NCBI GenBank assembly: GCA_964406305.1
Contig: CAYORF010000002.1
Coordinates: forward strand, 130-64,129
Reading direction: 5' to 3'
Origin: an uncultured Anaerolineales bacterium
GTDB lineage: Bacteria > Chloroflexota > Anaerolineae > Anaerolineales > UBA11858
DNA: 64,000 bases
In this document: piece by piece, positions 58,151 to 64,000 of the stretch
Layout of the letters: the number at the start of each line of letters is the position of its first letter
Numbering within the stretch: position 1 is the first letter of the stretch
The notes under the pieces: generated by a model
Told to the model about the DNA's origin: nothing
What the model saw: the letters and a program-made list of their open reading frames with translations, nothing else
The model's database searches: none
Position numbers and translations under genes: made by a program

Positions 58151-59176
58151 ATGCTTAAACCTTACATATCCAAAGTCCTTGGTTTCCAGGACTTGAGTGC
58201 AGAAGAAGCCGAATCTGCGATGGAAGTTATCATGACAGGACAAGCAACACCAGCCCAGATCGGTGGCTATCTGATCGCACTGCGTATGAAAGGAGAGACG
58301 GTCCCGGAAATTACTGGCAGTGCAAGAGCGATGCGGAAGGTAGTCAAACAAGTTCAAGTAAAAACCAACGGAAAAAAGCTAATCGATACTGCTGGTACGG
58401 GTGGTGATGGCGCCCACACTTTCAACATCTCAACTATAGCAGCCTTTGTCGTTGCTGGAGCGGACCGCAAAGTGGCCAAACATGGCAATCGCAGCATATC
58501 CTCTCGCTGCGGTAGCGCTGATGTCCTTGAGGAATTGGGTCTTAATCTCAGTTTATCACCAGAACAGGTCAGGACCTGCATTGAGAAAGTAGGTATAGGT
58601 TTTATGTTTGCACCGAACTTTCACCCTGCTATGAAACATGCCGTTGGGCCCCGAAGAGAATTGGGCCAACGAACCGTATTTAACGTCTTAGGACCTCTTA
58701 CCAATCCCGCAAACGCAGCCTATCAACTGGTGGGTGTTTTTGACCCTAAACTTACCCATCCCCTGGCAGAAGTTTTAGGAGAATTGGGAGGGAAAGCTGC
58801 TTTTGTGGTCCACAGCCACCACGGATATGATGAGCTCACAACTTGCGGGCCCAATCAGATCAGTCACCTAAAGGATGGGAAAGTCACTACCTTTGAACTT
58901 GATGCTAAAGACTTTGGGTTGCGGGAGTGTTCTCCACAAGAACTCCAAGGCGGTGATCCCCGAGAAAACGCTCAAATGCTGAGGGCGATATTATCGATAG
59001 AAGATGACAGCCCCCGCCAAGATGTCGTGCTCTTGAATGCAGCAGCAGCTTTGGCTGCAGAAAGCGGTGATCTCCATGAAGGACTCACTGAAGCGCGCCA
59101 GTCCCTGGTTAGTGGTGCTGCGCTAGAAAAACTCAACGCCCTAATCTCCACCAGCCAAAGCTTCCCAAGTGATTGA
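58151..59176 (+). CDS. trpD: Anthranilate phosphoribosyltransferase
   Basis: 341 aa. Contains DTAGTGGDGAHTFNIST and KHGNRS. Confidence 0.94.
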   Translation: MLKPYISKVLGFQDLSAEEAESAMEVIMTGQATPAQIGGYLIALRMKGETVPEITGSARAMRKVVKQVQVKTNGKKLIDTAGTGGDGAHTFNISTIAAFVVAGADRKVAKHGNRSISSRCGSADVLEELGLNLSLSPEQVRTCIEKVGIGFMFAPNFHPAMKHAVGPRRELGQRTVFNVLGPLTNPANAAYQLVGVFDPKLTHPLAEVLGELGGKAAFVVHSHHGYDELTTCGPNQISHLKDGKVTTFELDAKDFGLRECSPQELQGGDPRENAQMLRAILSIEDDSPRQDVVLLNAAAALAAESGDLHEGLTEARQSLVSGAALEKLNALISTSQSFPSD

Positions 59177-59218
59177 TGGTAAATGTTACTCCCACCTGCA
59201 AGGAAAATGGTATAGATC

Positions 59219-60034
59219 ATGAGCATCTTGGAAGAAATCTTTGCCCACAAACGTACTGAAGTCGAAGCCGCAAAACGGAAAGTATCGGAAGAAGCGCTAT
59301 ATCAACAAGCCCAAGAGATGACAGCACCGATAGATTTTTTAGCTGTTCTCCAAGGAGTGAGGTATTCCAGGGAAGTAGATGAGCGGAAGAGGTGTACTCC
59401 TCGACTGATTGCTGAAGTAAAACATCGTTCTCCCAGTAAAGGCGTTCTTCGCCAGCCCTTTGATCCCCTGCAATTCGCCCAAACCTATGCAGCCCACGGT
59501 GCTTCCGCAATCTCCGTTCTCACCGATGAAACCTATTTTGGCGGATCCCTTGGTATTCTGCAGCAAATTGCCAACTTAGATCTTGGTCTCCCTCTTCTGA
59601 GGAAGGATTTCGTCTTCGATCGTTACCAATTGCTTGAAGCCCGGGCTTTTGGGGCTAGCTCGGTGCTCTTGATTGTAGCTATGTTGAAACAAGAGCAATT
59701 AAACGATCTTATCAACGCTGCTGCTGATCTTGAGCTCACCGCCCTGGTGGAAGTCCACTCTCGGGAAGAGCTCCTGCAAGCCCTTGAAACAAAGGCAAGG
59801 TTGATTGGAATTAATAACCGTGATCTTCATACCTTCCAGGTCAATCTGGAAACAACTCTCCAGTTGATCCCCCTTCTTCCACCTGATATCTGTCTAGTCT
59901 CGGAAAGCGGTATTTATACACGCGAGGATGTGAAACTTCTGGCGGAGGTCGGGGTGGATGCTATTCTGGTTGGAGAGAGTCTCATCAGAGCAGAAAACGT
60001 AGCAGCTCAAGTAAAAGAGCTTACTCAAATATGA
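59219..60034 (+). CDS. trpC: Indole-3-glycerol-phosphate synthase
   Basis: 271 aa. Contains IAEVKHRSPSKG and LIGINNRDL. Confidence 0.93.
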   Translation: MSILEEIFAHKRTEVEAAKRKVSEEALYQQAQEMTAPIDFLAVLQGVRYSREVDERKRCTPRLIAEVKHRSPSKGVLRQPFDPLQFAQTYAAHGASAISVLTDETYFGGSLGILQQIANLDLGLPLLRKDFVFDRYQLLEARAFGASSVLLIVAMLKQEQLNDLINAAADLELTALVEVHSREELLQALETKARLIGINNRDLHTFQVNLETTLQLIPLLPPDICLVSESGIYTREDVKLLAEVGVDAILVGESLIRAENVAAQVKELTQI

Positions 60035-60068
60035 AAAATAATTAAGGCCGATGTAGAGGTCTCCTGTT

Positions 60069-60764
60069 ATGAAAGTGAAAATCTGTGGTATTACTTCCTT
60101 AGACGATGCGCTATATGCTTTTGATGCGGGGACTGATATGTTGGGTTATAACTTCTACCCTCCCAGCAAACGATACCTGGATCCCCTGGATTGTGAGATG
60201 ATTCAGGTGGAGTTGTCAAATCGGGGTCTGTCTATTAGGACAGTGGCGGTTTTTGTAAATGCGTCTTTCAAGACAATAGAGACAATTCTGGATGATTGCG
60301 GCCTCGATTTGGCTCAATTGCACGGGGATGAATCCCCCAAATTGCTGGAAATGCTCGGAGAACGGGCTTTCAAAGCCATCCGTCCTCATTCTATTGAGGA
60401 ATCCATCTTGCAGGCCAGGAGCTACCTTGTAAGAAAGACACCGCCTGATTTATTGGTAGATGCCTATCACCCAGACCAGTATGGAGGAACGGGACTCACT
60501 GGTGATTGGATGTTGGCCCGCGCACTTGCAGATGACTATTCTCTTTTACTGGCGGGTGGGCTCCATCCTGGAAATGTAGCTGCAGCTGTTAGGCAGGTAA
60601 ATCCTTGGGGAGTGGATGTGGCTTCAGGGGTAGAAAGAGAAGGGCAACCAGGGAAGAAAGACCCCCTCCGGATGCAACAATTTATTAATCAAACTCGAGC
60701 TGCTGCATTGCATGCAGGGGAACAAAAGCAAGAGAAGATTATCCAAGAAGGGGAAACCAGATGA
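60069..60764 (+). CDS. trpF: Phosphoribosylanthranilate isomerase
   Basis: 231 aa. Starts MKVKICGIT and contains LAQLHGDE. Confidence 0.9.
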   Translation: MKVKICGITSLDDALYAFDAGTDMLGYNFYPPSKRYLDPLDCEMIQVELSNRGLSIRTVAVFVNASFKTIETILDDCGLDLAQLHGDESPKLLEMLGERAFKAIRPHSIEESILQARSYLVRKTPPDLLVDAYHPDQYGGTGLTGDWMLARALADDYSLLLAGGLHPGNVAAAVRQVNPWGVDVASGVEREGQPGKKDPLRMQQFINQTRAAALHAGEQKQEKIIQEGETR

Positions 60765-61960
60765 AAAGGAATACCAAACTTCAATCTAAGTTTGGAAGCT
60801 ATGGAGGGCAATTTGTCCCTGAAATCTTAATGCCTGCCCTGATGGAATTGGAAGAGGTTTACCAGGAAGTAAAAGCAGACCAAGGGTTCCAGGAGAATTT
60901 GTCCCACTTGTTGTCAACCTACGTTGGACGCCCGACACCTTTGACATTTGCCTCACGGCTGACGGAGCGCTGTAAAGGCGCAAAAATCTACCTAAAACGA
61001 GAAGATTTAGCCCACTCCGGGGCCCACAAGATCAATAATGCCCTGGGGCAAGCGTTATTAGCTAAACGGATGGGCAGGCCCCGGGTAGTAGCTGAGACCG
61101 GAGCTGGTCAGCACGGGGTCGCTACGGCAACTGTGTGTGCCTTGTTAGGTTTAAAATGTGTGGTCTATATGGGAACGGAAGATATGGCCAGACAAGCACC
61201 CAATGTGACCCGCATGCGCTTGCTCGGAGCTGAGGTTCGTCCAGTTGATACTGGTTCAAGAACCCTCAAAGAGGCCATTAACGAAGCTATCCGCGATTGG
61301 GTTACCAATGTGGAAAACACTTATTACCTGCTTGGTTCGGCTCTTGGCCCTCATCCATACCCCACGATTGTGCGGGATTTTCAATCCATCATTGGACGTG
61401 AAACCCGTCACCAGATCATGGACTTAGAGGGGCGATTACCCGATATGATTATAGCCTGTGTCGGTGGGGGATCCAATGCCATTGGAATTTTCCATGAGTT
61501 TGTGCAAAACAATGAAATCGAATTGATTGGTGTTGAGGCTGGTGGGGAAGGAATTAGCGGGGGAAAACATGCTGCTCGTTTTGCCGACCCTGAGAGAGGG
61601 CGGACCGGGGTTTTACATGGTTGTTATACCTATGTCCTTCAAGACCCAGACGGCCAGATTGCAGCTACTCATAGTATCAGCGCAGGGATGGACTACCCGG
61701 CCGTTGGACCGGAGCATGCTTACCTTCGCGAACTGGAACGGGCCCGATATACCTATGCTACTGATCAGGAAACCCTGGATGCTTTTCAAACTTTGAGTAG
61801 GTTGGAGGGGATCCTCCCTGCTCTGGAGTCCGCTCACGCTGTTGCTGAAGCTATCAAACGGGCACCATCCATGTCACCCGAGGAGATCATCATCGTCAAT
61901 CTGTCTGGACGGGGTGATAAAGATTTGGATACTGTTGTTCAAGCCCTGGATCTAAACTAA
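60761..61960 (+). CDS. trpB: Tryptophan synthase beta chain
   Basis: 399 aa. Contains [20 protein letters not shown] and GGGSNAIG. Confidence 0.95.
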   Translation: MKRNTKLQSKFGSYGGQFVPEILMPALMELEEVYQEVKADQGFQENLSHLLSTYVGRPTPLTFASRLTERCKGAKIYLKREDLAHSGAHKINNALGQALLAKRMGRPRVVAETGAGQHGVATATVCALLGLKCVVYMGTEDMARQAPNVTRMRLLGAEVRPVDTGSRTLKEAINEAIRDWVTNVENTYYLLGSALGPHPYPTIVRDFQSIIGRETRHQIMDLEGRLPDMIIACVGGGSNAIGIFHEFVQNNEIELIGVEAGGEGISGGKHAARFADPERGRTGVLHGCYTYVLQDPDGQIAATHSISAGMDYPAVGPEHAYLRELERARYTYATDQETLDAFQTLSRLEGILPALESAHAVAEAIKRAPSMSPEEIIIVNLSGRGDKDLDTVVQALDLN

Positions 61961-61996
61961 GGAAATAATTATTGTAGATATTACCCCGAACAACTT

Positions 61997-62791
61997 ATGA
62001 ACAAACCTATTGAAGCGATTTACAAAGCCTTTTCTCATGACCGTCCTATCCTGATGCCTTATTTCACCCTGGGCTATCCGGATTATGAGAGTTCGCTAAA
62101 TATCATCCAGGCTTGTGTGGAATCCGGGGCAGAGATGATGGAATTAGGTCTTCCATTCTCAGATCCCCTGGCAGATGGCCCCACTATTCAGCACAGCACC
62201 CAGGTAGCTCTTGAAAACGGCCTGACAACCAATTTGTGTTTTAAGGCAGTTGAAGAACTTCGCAACCGTGGGGTAGAGATCCCATTTATACTGATGGGGT
62301 ACTACAATCCTATCCTAGCCTACGGACTAGAACCATTTGTAGAAAAAGCTTGCTCGGTGGGTGCGAATGGATTTATCATCCCTGACCTTCCTCCCGAAGA
62401 AGGGGCAGAATTTGAACAGCTGTGCATTCAATATGGGATGGGATTGAGCTATCTTCTCTCTCCCAACAGCCCTGTGGAACGGACTCAATTATTGTTGGAA
62501 CGTTCTAGGGGTTTTGCCTATCTCGTTTCGGTGATTGGAGTTACAGGCGCAAGGAATGAAACCTCACCAACTCTGAAGGATTTTACGAATCGGGTCCGCC
62601 GCCTATCTCCCCCTGATATGCCCCTGGTAGTCGGATTTGGGATCTCCACCCCTGACCAGGTCCGTAGTATAAGCCAATTTGCAGACGGGATTATCGTCGG
62701 GTCCGCATTGATCAATGCTGTTGACCAATCAATTGATCCGGTAAAAAAAGCCTGTGATTTTGTAAGCGAACTTCACCAGGCCCTGGAATAA
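61997..62791 (+). CDS. trpA: Tryptophan synthase alpha chain
   Basis: 264 aa. Contains MPYFTLGYPD, ELGLPFSDPLADGPTIQ and GFGIS. Confidence 0.93.
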   Translation: MNKPIEAIYKAFSHDRPILMPYFTLGYPDYESSLNIIQACVESGAEMMELGLPFSDPLADGPTIQHSTQVALENGLTTNLCFKAVEELRNRGVEIPFILMGYYNPILAYGLEPFVEKACSVGANGFIIPDLPPEEGAEFEQLCIQYGMGLSYLLSPNSPVERTQLLLERSRGFAYLVSVIGVTGARNETSPTLKDFTNRVRRLSPPDMPLVVGFGISTPDQVRSISQFADGIIVGSALINAVDQSIDPVKKACDFVSELHQALE

Positions 62792-62810
62792 TCCGGAGAG
62801 ATTTTTATTA

Positions 62811-62832
62811 AGCTGACAGACACTTGTCAGCT
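62811..62832. terminator. Hairpin between the convergent trpA and the HAD-like gene; possible bidirectional terminator without a clear U-tract
   Basis: Perfect 8-bp stem AGCTGACA / loop GACACT / stem TGTCAGCT. Confidence 0.35.
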
Positions 62833-62908
62833 GCCCCAAACTTCTCAATAATGTGGACAATTGCAGAAAACCACTCTTTGGGCACAACTCCCGCAAACCG
62901 GGAATGAG

Positions 62909-64000
62909 TTAGGATTGTTTGATAAGGGTCTCCAGAGCTTGTCCTAAATCGGGATAAACTTGAGCTCCTACTCCGGAAAGGCTGGCCTGTTTTTGTCTGG
63001 AGGTTGTTATCCCAATGAGGCTAAGATTGACCTGGATGCTGTGATCACGCAAGAGTTCTTTTGCCGCCAGGGCGCTTCTTATCCCAGTCGTGGTGTCTTC
63101 AAAAACATACAATTTAGCCCCCTTGAACTCCTGCCATTCCTGATCGACCAGATTCTTGTGGGCCAGATTAGCTGCCGAGCTCAAGGCTTCCTTTTTTGAA
63201 ATCCCCCTGGCCTGTAGGAGAGCAGCTAAGGTATGAACAGGACTGGGTTTGAGAAAGTCATGGATGGATTGCCCCGATTGTGAACTCAGCCAGACCATAT
63301 CCCCCATTCCTATAACTGGGAAGTTATTAAAACCTGCTGCCTTTGCACCCAGCTCTGCTTCTGGAGTGCCAAAAAGACCATCTGGGGGTTGAGAAGGGCG
63401 ATTAGTAAAAATCATTCCTCGCTTGTTTTCTCCTAACCAACTATCGAGGATCTGGACCCGCCTGGCAGACAAAGTCGGACAATCAAAATGAGTGAGATAA
63501 CTCACACTGTCTAAGGTGGGTGGAAGTTGATAGCTGGATTGGAACTGCTTGCTTCCCAACACCAGTTCCTGGAATACCCTATGGGTAAGGGAACGTTGGT
63601 AGTTATGGGCCTGCCCTATAAGTTCATCCAGGATTTCCTGTTGGGACCCTGTTCTCCCTTTTTTTAACAAGGAAGCCGCCTTTTCAACCGGCGTGTAGCT
63701 GTCTTGAGAGAGAGGGTTCAATTCTTCCAGGAAGGTTTTCCAATCCGGGGTTTTTAATCCATTTGCTTGGGGAAGTCCTGGGGAAATACTTTCGGGAACT
63801 CCAGTAGCGGAGTCGTGCGCCCAGCTCTCTATCAGCATTAATCCCAGGCAAATGGCACAGGTATCCCACTCGCAGGTGATGCCTGTTGCTTCGAAAGCGT
63901 ATATGTCTTCCTGGCTGAGATGAGTCATATTAAATCCCATTGAATATCCAACCAAACGGATAGTTTCCTGAAGCGCTTTATGGTACCCTCGTGGTTCCAA
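62909..64000 (-). CDS. HAD-superfamily-like hydrolase with a very large cap; partial (the N-terminus lies beyond the window)
   Basis: Contains GMIFTNRPS (motif II-like), FLKPSPVHTLAALL (III-like) and YVFEDTTTGIRSA (IV-like). The ORF runs to the window edge. Confidence 0.5.
   Translation of the reverse strand: MEPRGYHKALQETIRLVGYSMGFNMTHLSQEDIYAFEATGITCEWDTCAICLGLMLIESWAHDSATGVPESISPGLPQANGLKTPDWKTFLEELNPLSQDSYTPVEKAASLLKKGRTGSQQEILDELIGQAHNYQRSLTHRVFQELVLGSKQFQSSYQLPPTLDSVSYLTHFDCPTLSARRVQILDSWLGENKRGMIFTNRPSQPPDGLFGTPEAELGAKAAGFNNFPVIGMGDMVWLSSQSGQSIHDFLKPSPVHTLAALLQARGISKKEALSSAANLAHKNLVDQEWQEFKGAKLYVFEDTTTGIRSALAAKELLRDHSIQVNLSLIGITTSRQKQASLSGVGAQVYPDLGQALETLIKQS

Overview
This 64-kb bacterial chromosomal window is almost entirely an amino-acid biosynthesis supercluster. 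Gene content and regulatory style suggest a Chloroflexota- or Deinococcota-like lineage, but this is unverified. The units, in order, are as follows. (1) Left edge: a tRNA-Val-like 3' fragment and a complete rve/DDE insertion sequence. (2) Plus strand: ilvD-ilvB-ilvN-ilvC-leuA-orf69-leuC-leuD-cimA-leuB-ilvE-pheA, behind a consensus promoter and an Ile/Leu/Val-rich leader-peptide attenuator. (3) Plus strand: aroH, DAHP synthase, tyrA, an aminotransferase, aroA, aroE, aroC, an aroK/aroB fusion and aroQ, behind a Tyr/Phe-rich leader-peptide attenuator. (4) Minus strand: hom-lysC-asd-(HAD-motif orphan)-thrC, behind a T-box leader with a probable Thr specifier. (5) Plus strand: metA-metY, behind an unclassified leader that contains a terminator. 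(6) A head-to-tail array of one truncated and two complete related IS elements, separated by three copies of one 17-bp sequence. (7) Plus strand: argG-argH-lysW-lysX-lysX paralog-lysY-lysZ-hcs-two NifV-like synthases-hacA-hacB-homoisocitrate dehydrogenase-(591-aa P-loop orphan)-lysJ-lysK, behind a short leader ORF plus a strong terminator. (8) Plus strand: a Trp (UGG) T-box followed by trpE-G-D-C-F-B-A. (9) Right edge: a partial HAD-like gene on the minus strand. I saw no rRNA, intact tRNA, CRISPR array or phage genes. The best candidates for new biology are these: the 591-aa HprK/PEPCK-like P-loop protein inside the LysW lysine operon; the HAD-motif protein (motif order III-IV-I-II) sitting where homoserine kinase is expected; the LysW pathway with two LysX paralogs fused to argGH; three tandem homocitrate-synthase paralogs; the mix of ribosome-mediated attenuators and T-boxes in one cluster; and an IS family with a roughly 17-bp target duplication that has inserted repeatedly just upstream of -35 hexamers. 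All calls rest on reading the sequence and the ORF translations by eye. No database search was run.
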